64,000 nucleotides of DNA, taken from contig JALWJZ010000015.1 in NCBI GenBank assembly GCA_026996855.1, forward strand, positions 2,997 to 66,996, in the 5' to 3' direction. The DNA is from Anaerolineales bacterium. Lineage in GTDB: Bacteria > Chloroflexota > Anaerolineae > Anaerolineales > DRMV01. The position numbers were made by a program, and so were the translations under genes. Positions 38,427 through 47,888 of the stretch are shown here, piece after piece (the first letter of the stretch is position 1; each line of letters opens with the position of its first letter). Below the pieces are notes generated by a model. The model worked only from the letters and a program-made list of their open reading frames with translations. It was not told the origin of the DNA and did no database searches.

Positions 38427-39281
38427 ATGAGACCTTCACAACGTCGTCAATGGCTGCAGGCCCTTAGCGCGGCTGCGTCCCTGGGGAATGCTGAAGCCCT
38501 CGCTCTGGCTCTGGATACGTTGCTGGAAGACGGGGACGTGGCCGCCAACCGGCCGCTATCTCCGGGACGCGTTGAGAAAACATTGTTGCCCGCGGGGGAA
38601 ATCCTGGCCCGGCCCTCGGTGCCCGAAAGGCTTTTGCAGGAACTGGCCCGCAGCCCCTATGCCGCTTTTCGCGCCCTGGCCGCGGCGGCCTGGGCCTTGC
38701 GCTATTTGCGCGGGGAACCCAAGGCCGGAACCCACCTCGAAGCGTTGGCCAAGGACGAGCGAGATGAGGTGCGTCACGCGCTGGTGAGGGTGTTGCGCAA
38801 ACACGGCCACCAGGCCCCGGAACGGGTGCGCGCCCTGGTGGATGGCTGGCTCGCTGGCCGCCCTGCCTCTTCCCCCAGGATACAAGCCGTGGCCCTGTAC
38901 CTGCTGCCCCTTCTGGCCGAGGAGGAGGGTGTGGAGGCCGCGCTGGACCGTTTGGAAAAGGCCCGATTGCAAAACCACCCCGCGGTGGACGAAGCCTGGG
39001 TGCAGGCCCTGGCCGACTTGGGGCGGAAGGACGGCTCCGCGGTGCTGCACCGTTTTGGCCGATGGCTTCTGACGCGGCCCCGTCGCGCGCCCCGCATGGC
39101 CCAGGCATTGGCCCGACCCTGGGCCGCCCACTACCCCCGTCAGACGTTGCATCTGCTGGAGGCCATGTACCACCGTTGGGGGCGACGACGCTGGATTACC
39201 CAGGCCCTGCAGGCCCTGGCGCGCGAAGGCGCGCTTTCCAAATCCGTGGACGACTTGTTGCGGGAATGGACGGAAACGTGA
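38427..39281 (+). CDS. HEAT-repeat-like helical protein of unknown function
   Basis: Ala/Leu/Arg-rich helical repeats. It overlaps the next gene by 16 nt. Confidence 0.45.
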   Translation: MRPSQRRQWLQALSAAASLGNAEALALALDTLLEDGDVAANRPLSPGRVEKTLLPAGEILARPSVPERLLQELARSPYAAFRALAAAAWALRYLRGEPKAGTHLEALAKDERDEVRHALVRVLRKHGHQAPERVRALVDGWLAGRPASSPRIQAVALYLLPLLAEEEGVEAALDRLEKARLQNHPAVDEAWVQALADLGRKDGSAVLHRFGRWLLTRPRRAPRMAQALARPWAAHYPRQTLHLLEAMYHRWGRRRWITQALQALAREGALSKSVDDLLREWTET

Positions 39282-39877
39282 ATTCGGAGGCACCCTGGCA
39301 AACGCTGGACCCTCCCGTGACCCTGGGCGTGCTGGCCGATACCCACGTGCCGGACCGCGTTCCCAGGCTGCCCGCGGCGGTGGCGGATGTGTTCCGCCAG
39401 GCCGAGGTGCGGGCCATTTTGCACGCGGGGGACGTGTCTTCCCCCCAGGTGCTGCGAGATTTGGCCCGAATTGCACCGGTGTACGCGGTGCGAGGAAATC
39501 GGGATTTGTTCCTGGGTTTTTCGCTGCCGGCCGTGTACCGTTTTCGCATCGGGCCGTGGCGCATCGCCCTGCTCCACGGGCACCATTCGATGTTGCGGTA
39601 CGTGTGGGACAAACTGCGTTTTCTCTTGGGGTTTCCCCTCACCTTTCGTTTCATCGAGCGTCGGGCAGTTTACCAGGTCCCCTGGGCCCACGTGGTGATT
39701 TTGGGACATACCCATGCACCGGTGCTGTACCGCTATCAAGGCCGATGGGTGTTCAACCCCGGTTCGCCGACCACGCCGCCCTTCGGGAGGGGCCCCGCGC
39801 CTCCCACCGTGGGTCTGTTGCACGTGACCCAAGAAGCCCGCTTGCGGTTCGAGTTCGTGTTGCTGGAGGGGACATGA
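39266..39877 (+). CDS. YfcE-type metallophosphoesterase
   Basis: Supporting motifs are LGVLADTH, HAGD, GNRD and GHTH. Confidence 0.75.
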   Translation: MDGNVNSEAPWQTLDPPVTLGVLADTHVPDRVPRLPAAVADVFRQAEVRAILHAGDVSSPQVLRDLARIAPVYAVRGNRDLFLGFSLPAVYRFRIGPWRIALLHGHHSMLRYVWDKLRFLLGFPLTFRFIERRAVYQVPWAHVVILGHTHAPVLYRYQGRWVFNPGSPTTPPFGRGPAPPTVGLLHVTQEARLRFEFVLLEGT

Positions 39878-40923
39878 CAGTCCCGAAGTGGACCCGTTTT
39901 GCCCTGGTGGGACCGCTGATGCGGGAGTACATCCTCCCCGTCAGGGGTCGGCCCGCGTTGGATATTCCCGGAGGGGAAGCGTTGTACGCGGCCGCGGCCC
40001 TGGCCACCTGGTTGGCCTCGAAGGCCGGGGACACCGGGGAACCCAAGGAGGGCCTCGGCCTTATGGCTCGAACGGGTATGGACTTTCCCCAGGCCTGGTT
40101 GGACGACCTGGCTCGGCTGGGGTGGCGGGTCGAAGGCGTGCGACGGGTACCCGATATCGCCGATTCCCGACGGGTGCGGGTGTACGATGCTCAGGGAAAC
40201 CCGGTACTCGCGGGGTGGGCACGTCGCTTTGCCGAGCGGGGCTATGCCTTTCCTCCCGACCTGGCCGACCATGAAATGCCCGGCCCTCGAACGCCGGTCT
40301 CCCGACCCACCCCCTGGACGCTATTGGAGCGGGACGTCCCCGATTGGATTGTGGAAACCCGGCTGGCCCATTTCACCCCGGGAGACCCCCTCACACATCA
40401 TTTGTTGCCTTCCGTTTTGCGTTCCCGAGGCGTGCTCACGTTGACCCTGGACCCCGACGCTGCCTACATGACCGCACCCCACCAAACCTTTGCCCGGGAG
40501 GTGATGCAACCCTTTACCGTGGTGCAGCCTTCGGAGGAAGAATTACGCACCCTGTTCGGCGGAGTGCGAGAGGATTTGTGGGGCATGAGTGAAGAAGTGG
40601 CCACCTGGGGCGTGTCCGTCATCGCGGTCAAGCGAGGCAACCAGGGGGTTTGGGTGTATGATGGAAAGGCGCGGGCCCGGTGGGTGCTTCCGGCATACGG
40701 GGCCGCCCGCTTTCGGGACCCTACCGGCGCGGGATCGGCCTTTGCTGGAGGTTTTCTGTACGGCTGGCACCGCACCGAGGACCCGGTGGAGGCAGCCTTG
40801 CATGGGCTGGCGGTGGCTTCGGTGGCTGTGGAAACCGTGGGCGCGTTGAGCCTTTTGGAAACACTACCCGGGTTGCTGCCGGCCCGGCTGGAAGTTTTGC
40901 GAGAAGGAGTGCGGCGTGTTTGA
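39874..40923 (+). CDS. PfkB/ribokinase-family carbohydrate kinase
   Basis: The ATG overlaps the upstream stop as ATGA. The C-terminal motif is DPTGAGSAFAGGF. Confidence 0.8.
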   Translation: MTVPKWTRFALVGPLMREYILPVRGRPALDIPGGEALYAAAALATWLASKAGDTGEPKEGLGLMARTGMDFPQAWLDDLARLGWRVEGVRRVPDIADSRRVRVYDAQGNPVLAGWARRFAERGYAFPPDLADHEMPGPRTPVSRPTPWTLLERDVPDWIVETRLAHFTPGDPLTHHLLPSVLRSRGVLTLTLDPDAAYMTAPHQTFAREVMQPFTVVQPSEEELRTLFGGVREDLWGMSEEVATWGVSVIAVKRGNQGVWVYDGKARARWVLPAYGAARFRDPTGAGSAFAGGFLYGWHRTEDPVEAALHGLAVASVAVETVGALSLLETLPGLLPARLEVLREGVRRV

Positions 40924-42028
40924 CCAGTTGGTCCGACGGGTTTTGGAACGCACCCTGGCCATTCAACAAATTCCCGCCCCCACCTTCGAGGAGGAAGAAC
41001 GGGCCAAGTACGTGCTGGCCCGCTGGCACGAAGAGGGGGTCGAGGCCTTCCGGGATCCGGTGGGCAATGTGTACGCCCGGATACCGGGGCGGGGAACAGG
41101 CATGCCCCTGGTGGTTTCGGCCCATCTGGATACGGTCTTTGGCCGGGAGGTACCTTTGCAGGTGCGACGCGAAGGAAGGCGTTGGTACGGCCCCGGCATT
41201 GGGGACAACAGCCTGGGGGTGGCCGGACTTTTCGGGTTGTTCTGGGCATTGCAGCAGCGTTCCCTGCATCTTCCCGGTGACCTGTATTTGGTGGCCAACG
41301 TGGCCGAAGAGGGCCTGGGCAACCTGAAGGGTATGCAGGCCGTGGTGGACCGTTTCGGCGCACGGCCCCGGGCGTACATCGTGCTGGAAGGGATGGCCCT
41401 GGGCCGGGTGTACCACCGGGGTTTGGGGGTGCGGCGGTATCGCCTTCGGGTGCGCGCGCCCGGTGGCCACGCCTGGGGCGATTACGGTGCGCCCTCGGCC
41501 CTGCACGAACTGGTGGCCCTGCTCCACGGTTGCCTGCAATGGACCCTGCCGGTGCAACCCAAGACCACTTTCAACGTGGGGAAAATCCACGGCGGCCGAG
41601 GGGTCAACGTGATTGCCGAAGAGGCCGAGGCCTGGGTGGAATGGCGTTCCGAAGAGGCGGATACCCTGGAAACCTGGTGTCGACGTTTCGAGGCGTGGTG
41701 CGAACAAAACCGGCGAAAATCCGTGGAAGTGACCTGGGAAGTGGTGGGGGAGCGCCCGGCCGGCGCACTGCCGGTGCAGCACCCCCTGGTGCAGGCGGCT
41801 TTGCAAAGCGCCTGGGCACAGGGCATTGAAGCCAAGCCCGCGTCCGGCTCCACCGATGCCAACGTGCCTTTGAGTCGGGGCTATCCCGCGGTGGGGGTAG
41901 GCCTTACGTATGGCGGCGGCGCGCATACCCTGCGGGAGTACATCTGGACCGAACCGTTGGCTAAAGGTCTGGCCGCCTTGGTGGACCTGGTACAGCGCGT
42001 GTTCGCCTGGGAAAGGCAAAACCGATAA
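40916..42028 (+). CDS. M20-family metallopeptidase (ArgE/DapE/tripeptidase-like)
   Basis: Supporting motifs are VVSAHLDTV, GIGDNSLGVA and EEGLGNLKG. Confidence 0.85.
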   Translation: MFDQLVRRVLERTLAIQQIPAPTFEEEERAKYVLARWHEEGVEAFRDPVGNVYARIPGRGTGMPLVVSAHLDTVFGREVPLQVRREGRRWYGPGIGDNSLGVAGLFGLFWALQQRSLHLPGDLYLVANVAEEGLGNLKGMQAVVDRFGARPRAYIVLEGMALGRVYHRGLGVRRYRLRVRAPGGHAWGDYGAPSALHELVALLHGCLQWTLPVQPKTTFNVGKIHGGRGVNVIAEEAEAWVEWRSEEADTLETWCRRFEAWCEQNRRKSVEVTWEVVGERPAGALPVQHPLVQAALQSAWAQGIEAKPASGSTDANVPLSRGYPAVGVGLTYGGGAHTLREYIWTEPLAKGLAALVDLVQRVFAWERQNR

Positions 42029-42032
42029 TGAC

Positions 42033-42068
42033 AAAAAAGAAGCCCGGCCATGAGCCGGGCTTCTTTTT
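42033..42068. terminator. Bidirectional intrinsic terminator between the M20 gene and ssrA
   Basis: A-run, then AAGAAGCCCGGC-catga-GCCGGGCTTCTT, then T-run. Confidence 0.75.
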
Positions 42069-42069
42069 A

Positions 42070-42457
42070 GGTGGAGATGGCGGGACTCGAACCCGCGTCC
42101 GGAAGGGCCGGTCATCGGACCTTCTACGGGCGTAGTCGGCTGTTTGGTGTCGCCTGGAGGCCCACAGCCGACCAAGGGCTTCTCCAGGCCAAGCCGCTTC
42201 GGTCTTTCGTCGGGGTCGCGGCGCACCCCGACGGCACCCCGGCTTTCCGCCGCCCTATCCCCACCGGCCGGGGACGGTGAGGTAGGACGTGTCCTCGTCT
42301 TGGAGGACAACCCTACCCCTCCGCTTACGCGGCAACGGGCAGGGTGGCAACATCCGTCTTCACGGCACTTCTTTGTGCCTTGCGCCTGTTTTACGAGGTG
42401 GCGCACCTCGGCCCGCAGTCCGTGACCCGACTCCTCCCGTCGAACCCATGCATCCCC
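42070..42457 (-). ncRNA. ssrA: tmRNA (SsrA)
   Basis: The 5' end is GGGGATGCATGGGTTCGACGGG. The 3' end is GGACGCGGGTTCGAGTCCCGCCATCTCCACC, with a G3:U acceptor pair. A PK1-like element (GAGGTGCGCCACCTCGTAAAACAGGCGC) is present. The tag frame ends ...DVATLPVAA-TAA. Confidence 0.9.
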
Positions 42458-42470
42458 ACGAGCACTTCTT

Positions 42471-42498
42471 ATTATAGGGATGCTCCGGGTTTTGTCTA
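42471..42498 (-). promoter_or_regulatory. Candidate ssrA promoter
   Basis: The minus strand reads TAGACA, 16 nt, TATAAT, ending 13 nt before the mature 5' GGGG. Confidence 0.5.
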
Positions 42499-42522
42499 CT
42501 CCGTTCCCGAAAAAATCCGGCG

Positions 42523-43716
42523 TTGCAGGCGTTATCCCTTCTTTTCGTCCGGGCGGGGACGGCGCTGCGGGTATACTATGACCGGCTCCGCCATCCCTTC
42601 GCAGACAGGGTTTTGGTCATGTTTTCGGTCTCTTTGCGACCTGCCTTCCAGAAAGCCGGCGGATGGGCTTCCTTTCCGGTGGTGGGCCTGGTGCTCAGCA
42701 TCGCCTTCTGGGGCATGGCAGGGTTTTACCGTTTCGTCCTGCATTACGACGACTTCCGCGCGGACGTGGCCGATTACTGGGAGCAGAGTTTTCGCCCTTA
42801 CGGGGGCGCGTTTCACGTGTTTCACGTGCCCGGTTATCCCTGGCTGATTCGAGGGGCTCGCTTGCTCTTCGACGGACATTTGACCCCCGTTGCCCAAATG
42901 CGATGGGTGACCTGGGCCGCTTACCTGCTGGCCGCCTGGGCCGTCTATCATGGTGTTCGGCTTCGCGGCGGACGCGCTTCTCAAGCGGTCGTGGCAGCCT
43001 TGTTCTACGGGTTCTGGCCTTTTACCGGTTTGGTGTTTGCCGTAAGCCCCTGGGCCGATGTGCCGGCAACGGCCTTTTTCTTTTTGGCGTGGTCCATGTG
43101 GGGGCGGGGGTATCTTTTCCGATCGGCTTTGGCCGGTGCTTATGCCTTGCTTACCCATAAGGCTTTGTGGCCCTTTACCCTGCTTTGGTGGCTGGCCACG
43201 GTGTTGCCCGACCGAAGGCACCCTGCCTTTCGGCGTGGCCTGGCCACCGCGTTCCTCGTGGCTCCGCTCGGTGTCCTGTGGGCCTTGGGCGTTCTGTACC
43301 ACGACCGCTGGAACTGGATGTGGCACCACAACCTGGCCATGGAAGTGCAGGCGCGCGCCGGGCTTCCCCTTTTCGACGGCTTGTTCGGCCCCTGGTGGTA
43401 CGGCGATTGGGCCGACCGCATCAAGGCCCTGGCGTTATGGGGGCTGTTCGTTTTGGTGCTCGCCTTGGGGTATCGTGCCTGGCACAAGCGGGATGGGGAA
43501 ACGCTGGCCGTAACAGCCGCCTATCTCGGCCTGTTTGCCCTGGTCAATGCCTACGAGAACATGGTGTTGCTTCGCTATGGCCGTCTCCTGGCGCCTTTCG
43601 TCCTTTTGCATTGGCCTCGTTTGGGGTTTTCACGCGCCTGGGCCGGTATCTTGCTGGGAATGAGTTTGCTTTCTAACCTGCTTTTCGTGATTTATGTGGT
43701 GCATTTCTACTTGTGA
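42523..43716 (+). CDS. Polytopic membrane protein, GT-C-like (PMT_2/DUF2029-type glycosyltransferase candidate)
   Basis: About 10 predicted TM helices, Trp/Tyr-rich loops and an early acidic loop (DDFRADVADYWEQS). The start is uncertain (TTG 42523 or ATG 42619). Confidence 0.45.
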   Translation: MQALSLLFVRAGTALRVYYDRLRHPFADRVLVMFSVSLRPAFQKAGGWASFPVVGLVLSIAFWGMAGFYRFVLHYDDFRADVADYWEQSFRPYGGAFHVFHVPGYPWLIRGARLLFDGHLTPVAQMRWVTWAAYLLAAWAVYHGVRLRGGRASQAVVAALFYGFWPFTGLVFAVSPWADVPATAFFFLAWSMWGRGYLFRSALAGAYALLTHKALWPFTLLWWLATVLPDRRHPAFRRGLATAFLVAPLGVLWALGVLYHDRWNWMWHHNLAMEVQARAGLPLFDGLFGPWWYGDWADRIKALALWGLFVLVLALGYRAWHKRDGETLAVTAAYLGLFALVNAYENMVLLRYGRLLAPFVLLHWPRLGFSRAWAGILLGMSLLSNLLFVIYVVHFYL

Positions 43717-43728
43717 GGGAGGGGTGGT

Positions 43729-44397
43729 ATGAGCCGAGTGCACATTTTGGTAGCCGGGAACATCGGTGCGGGGAAATCGACCTTGGTGGAGGCCCTGGCC
43801 CGGCGCTTTGGCTGGCATCCCTTGTTCGAGCCTGCAGCCATCAATCCTTACCTGGATGATTTCTATCGGGATATGCGTGCCTGGGCCTTCCATTCGCAGG
43901 TCTTCTTCCTGACGCACCGCCTGCGTTTGCACCGTCAGGCTGAGGGGCTTTCCGGGGTGGTGATTCAGGACCGCAGTTTGTACGAGGACGCGGAGATTTT
44001 CGTGGAAACCCTGTACCTGCAGGGGCACATGAACGAGCGCGATTACCGTACGTATCGAGATTTGTACGAAACCATCCGGGATTTGCTCCGTCCTCCCGAC
44101 GCGGTCATTTATCTGCGGGCGTCGGTCGAGACCCTTCTGGCCCGCATTGCCCAACGGGGGCGGGAAAACGAGCGGGAGATTTCTCCTGCCTATCTCGAGG
44201 CCCTCAACCGGCGTTATGAAGCCTGGATGCAAGGGTGGGACCTTTCGCCCGTTCTGGTGGTGCCTGCGGACCGCGTGGATTTCGTCGCGGAACCGGCCTG
44301 GCTGGAAACCATTGCCCACCAGGTGCAGGGCCTGGTGCAAAACGGCGGCCGGCGCGAGCATCGCCTTTTGCCTTTGTCGTTCCCTGCCGTTCCTTGA
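43729..44397 (+). CDS. Deoxynucleoside kinase
   Basis: The P-loop is VAGNIGAGKSTL. Supporting motifs are FEP...NPYLDDFY, QDRSLYED and an LID region RGRENE. Confidence 0.85.
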   Translation: MSRVHILVAGNIGAGKSTLVEALARRFGWHPLFEPAAINPYLDDFYRDMRAWAFHSQVFFLTHRLRLHRQAEGLSGVVIQDRSLYEDAEIFVETLYLQGHMNERDYRTYRDLYETIRDLLRPPDAVIYLRASVETLLARIAQRGRENEREISPAYLEALNRRYEAWMQGWDLSPVLVVPADRVDFVAEPAWLETIAHQVQGLVQNGGRREHRLLPLSFPAVP

Positions 44398-44501
44398 TAC
44401 GATGGCCCGTGTCCCGGGGCGTTCCCTTTTTGGTCCATTGCTTCCGGGTTCGAGGGCCTTAAAATGGGAAACGGTCGTCGCGGTTGGTGAAGGAGGCTCG
44501 T

Positions 44502-44921
44502 ATGACGGTGGTCACTCGCGACCTGCATGTGGAAACCCAGGGGAACAACCACGTGGTGGACATCACCGAGGCGGTGCAGGCAGCCGTGGCGCAAAGCGGC
44601 CTGCACCACGGCATCGTGACCGTGTTCGTGCCCCATTCCACCTGTGGGGTCAGCACCATCGAGTACGAGCCCGGCTGCGTGAAGGATTTGCAGCGCCTGG
44701 TGGAAGAGTGGATTCCCTCCCATCGCGACTATGCCCACAACCTGCGCTGGGGTGACGGCAACGGGCATTCCCATTTGCGCGCCACCTTGTTGGGGCCTTC
44801 CCTTACCGTGCCTTTTGTGGACGGGCGCCTGACCTTGGGTACCTGGCAGCAAATCATCCTGGTGGATTTCGACATCCGCCCGCGGCGTCGGCGGGTGGTA
44901 CTTCAGATGCTGGGGGAATGA
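44502..44921 (+). CDS. yjbQ: YjbQ/UPF0047 family protein
   Basis: The ATG follows GAAGGAGG. Supporting segments are HSTCGVSTIEYEPG and GDGNGHSHLRATLLGPSLTVPF. Confidence 0.85.
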   Translation: MTVVTRDLHVETQGNNHVVDITEAVQAAVAQSGLHHGIVTVFVPHSTCGVSTIEYEPGCVKDLQRLVEEWIPSHRDYAHNLRWGDGNGHSHLRATLLGPSLTVPFVDGRLTLGTWQQIILVDFDIRPRRRRVVLQMLGE

Positions 44922-44927
44922 CGGGCC

Positions 44928-47489
44928 ATGATTCCCATCCGCCTTTCCCTCACAGGTTTCCTGTCCTATCGGCAAACCGCGGTGCTGGATTTCACCGCTT
45001 TCGACATGGCCTGCATTTCCGGCCCGAACGGCGCGGGCAAGTCCAGTTTGCTGGATGCCATTACCTGGGCCCTCTTCGGCAAGGCCCGCCGCTCCGATGA
45101 GGGCATCATCCACGTGCATAGCGACTCGGCTCAGGTCACCTTCGAGTTCGAGTACGAGGGTGTGCGCTATCAGGTGGTGCGCTCCAAGCATCGGAAACGC
45201 CCCATGCGCCTGGAATTCTCCCGATGGGATGGCCGGGCCTGGCGTCCCGAGACGGGCAGTTCGCTGCGGGACACCCAGGACAAACTCACCGACCTGTTGC
45301 GCATGGATTACAACACCTTCGTGCAGGCCTCCTTCTTCCTGCAAGGCCAGGCCGACCGCTTTGCCCAGCAAACCCCCGCGCGGCGCAAGGAGACCCTGGC
45401 GCAGATTTTAGGATTGCAAGTGTGGGATGCATATCTGGCTCAGGCTCGCGAGCGTCGCCGGCGGTGGGAAGCCCGCATCGAAGAGGCCCTGGCCCAGCGG
45501 ATGCACTTGCAAAACGAGGTGAATCAGGCCGGCCATTGGCAGGCGCAATTGGACCGGGTGGTGGAGCGTCTGCAAGCGACCCGCAACGCGTTGCACGATG
45601 CCGAAACCCTGCTGAGCGTGTGGCAGGCCCGGCAGCAGGAACTGGAGGCCCATCGTACCCTGGTGGAGCAACTGCATCGTGCCCTGGAAGACACCCGACG
45701 CCAGGCGCATCGGTTGGAGGCTCGGTACCGGGAAAAACTGGAGGAGCGGGCGCAGGTGGAAAAGCGCCTGGCGCACCAGGAGGAATTGGAGCAGGCTCGC
45801 CGCCGCCTGGCCCAGGTGGAAGAAGCCCTGCACCGATGGGAAGCCCTGGCGCCCCAGGCTCGTGAATTGCAAGAGCAACGCAGCCGTTTGCTGGCCCGTC
45901 TGGCCGAAGAAAAGGCCCGCCTGGAAGCGGAACTGGCCGCGCTGGAGCGGGAATACCGGGAGATGCAGGAGCGCACTCGCGGCCTGGAGAAACTGTACCG
46001 GGAACGGGACCGTTGGCGGAAAGAAATGACCCAAATCGAGAACGAGTGGGCACGGTTGCAAGATGTGGACCAGCGCCAGGCCCAGGCCCGGGAGGAATTG
46101 GAGCGCCTCCTGACCGAGATGCAGCGGGTGCGGACCTTGTTGGACGCTCTGGCGCGACGTCGAGAGGCTCTGGAACAGGAGGGGGAGCAGGGTACCTGCC
46201 CGGTATGCCAGCAGCCATTGCCGGCCTCGCGGCGAGCGGCCCTGCTGCGGCACCTCGAGGAAGAGGAACGTTCCCTGGCGGAACGGGCCAACACCCTGCA
46301 AGCCCAGGTGCAACGTTTGAAGGATCGGTTGAACGATTTGGAACGGGAACGGCGCCGGGCTGGCCAGGTGCGGGCCCGTTTGGAGGCCCTTCGGGAAAAA
46401 GGCCGCGCCCTGGAGGAACGCATCACCCAGTTGGAGGCGGAGCGCGAGCGCTGGCAAAAGCAAAGACAGGCCCGTTGGGCCGAACTGCGCCGCCTGCTGG
46501 ACGAGGAGGCCTACCTGCCCCAGGTGCGTCGGGAACTGGCACAAATCGAAGCGCAACTCCAGCAGTTGGGTTATGACGAGGCCGCACACCGCCAGGCGCA
46601 AGAAGAGGCGCGGCGTTTGCGTGCCGCGGTGGAACAGTGGCAACACCTGGATCAGGACCGTTTGCGCTTGGACCTGTTGAGCCAGGAACTGGCCCAGTTG
46701 GAGGCCGAACGGGAGGAAGCGCAAAAACGCCTTCAGGAACAGGAGGCCGCCTATCGCGAGGCCCAGCAGCGGTTGCAAGAAATGGAAAACGAGACCCCCG
46801 ACCTGAATCGGCTGCGGCAGCGGGTGCTTCACCTGCGAGAAGAAGAATCCCAATTGCTCACCCAACAGGGCGCGCTGGAACAGCGCCTACAATTGCTTCA
46901 ACGATACCGGCAGGACATCCAGGCTCTGGAAACCCGCCTGGCGGACATGCGTCAACAGGTGGTCTACTTGCGGGCTTTGGAAGAAGCCTTTGGCCGGAAC
47001 GGTGTGCCCGCGCTTCTCATCGAGCAGGCCCTTCCCCAACTGGAAATCGAGGTCAATCGGTTCCTGGAGAAATTGACCGACGGCGAAATGCGGGTTTACT
47101 TCCGCACCCAACGACCTTACCGCACCCGCAAGGAAGCCCTCAAGGAAACTCTGGACATCGTGGTCAGCGACCGCTACGGCGAACGGGAATACGAAACCTT
47201 TTCCGGTGGGGAAGCCTTTCGCATCAACTTTGCCATTCGTTTGGCCCTGGCCCGCTTCCTGGCCCGCCGTGCCGGCGCGCGGCTCCAGTTCTTGGTGGTG
47301 GACGAGGGGTTCGGCAGCCAGGATCAGGTGGGCCGCCAGCGCCTCGTTGAAGTCCTGCGCTCCGTGCAGGACGAATTCGCCAAGATTCTGGTCATCACCC
47401 ACCTGGAAGACCTGAAAGAGCGCTTCCCCGTACGTATCGAGGTCAGCAAAGGGCCTGAAGGCTCCCGCTTGCAAGTGGTGATGGCGTGA
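44928..47489 (+). CDS. sbcC: SbcC/Rad50-family SMC-like ATPase
   Basis: Walker A is ISGPNGAGKSS. A long coiled coil carries the zinc hook CPVCQQP. The signature motif is FSGGEAFR and Walker B is FLVVDEGFG. Confidence 0.85.
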   Translation: MIPIRLSLTGFLSYRQTAVLDFTAFDMACISGPNGAGKSSLLDAITWALFGKARRSDEGIIHVHSDSAQVTFEFEYEGVRYQVVRSKHRKRPMRLEFSRWDGRAWRPETGSSLRDTQDKLTDLLRMDYNTFVQASFFLQGQADRFAQQTPARRKETLAQILGLQVWDAYLAQARERRRRWEARIEEALAQRMHLQNEVNQAGHWQAQLDRVVERLQATRNALHDAETLLSVWQARQQELEAHRTLVEQLHRALEDTRRQAHRLEARYREKLEERAQVEKRLAHQEELEQARRRLAQVEEALHRWEALAPQARELQEQRSRLLARLAEEKARLEAELAALEREYREMQERTRGLEKLYRERDRWRKEMTQIENEWARLQDVDQRQAQAREELERLLTEMQRVRTLLDALARRREALEQEGEQGTCPVCQQPLPASRRAALLRHLEEEERSLAERANTLQAQVQRLKDRLNDLERERRRAGQVRARLEALREKGRALEERITQLEAERERWQKQRQARWAELRRLLDEEAYLPQVRRELAQIEAQLQQLGYDEAAHRQAQEEARRLRAAVEQWQHLDQDRLRLDLLSQELAQLEAEREEAQKRLQEQEAAYREAQQRLQEMENETPDLNRLRQRVLHLREEESQLLTQQGALEQRLQLLQRYRQDIQALETRLADMRQQVVYLRALEEAFGRNGVPALLIEQALPQLEIEVNRFLEKLTDGEMRVYFRTQRPYRTRKEALKETLDIVVSDRYGEREYETFSGGEAFRINFAIRLALARFLARRAGARLQFLVVDEGFGSQDQVGRQRLVEVLRSVQDEFAKILVITHLEDLKERFPVRIEVSKGPEGSRLQVVMA

Positions 47490-47550
47490 GGCCGGCAGGG
47501 CCAACATGTCCTTCTTGGGTCTAAAGGCTGTATGGGTTCAGGCGTTTTGC

Positions 47551-47593
47551 TTGTTCGAACAAAGACGCATACAGAGCCACGGAGAACACGGAG
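47551..47593. repeat. Dispersed repeat copy B (TTGTTCGAACAA palindrome plus CACGGAG x2)
   Basis: Positions 47572-47593 (CAGAGCCACGGAGAACACGGAG) match the reverse complement of 301-322 at 21 of 22 nt. Confidence 0.7.
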
Positions 47594-47888
47594 TATTCCG
47601 CTGGAAAAGGCCAATATTGTGCCTTCGTGAGAAAATGCGATGGCTTTTGTTGGTTTTGTTGGTTTTTGAAAAACACGAGGTATGGATCTCCGGTATTGCC
47701 AATGGTTTTGTGGGAAAGCGGTCTGGGTATGTGCGCGCCATCACTTTGAAGGACATTTTTTGGAATTGGATTACAATTGAATCTGGGATGACAAGAACGG
47801 TACCGTTTTCATGCAGGTATAGCGGTTGTTTGGCGCTTTTGAGAGTTCTTCAAATCAGGGAAAAGAGATAATCGAGGTGTAAACCGTT

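Noticed and set aside
40916-42028. The M20 peptidase as the third enzyme of the GNAT/NSAR pathway.
   Set aside because: It is 20 kb away, on the opposite strand, and embedded in a different overlapping operon.
42071-42280. A small plus-strand ORF (MEMAGLEPASG...) in the M20/membrane-protein spacer.
   Set aside because: It is the reverse complement of the tmRNA 3' tRNA-like domain.
47668-47680. A 13-mer GAAAAACACGAGG shared with 56598-56610 (tig upstream spacer).
   Set aside because: The flanks show no further similarity. It is too short to interpret, although it is unlikely by chance. I mention it under the AT-island finding only.
47506-47871. A 121-aa ORF in the AT-rich island.
   Set aside because: It is Cys/Trp/Phe-rich with no RBS and atypical composition. 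I treat the region as non-coding.
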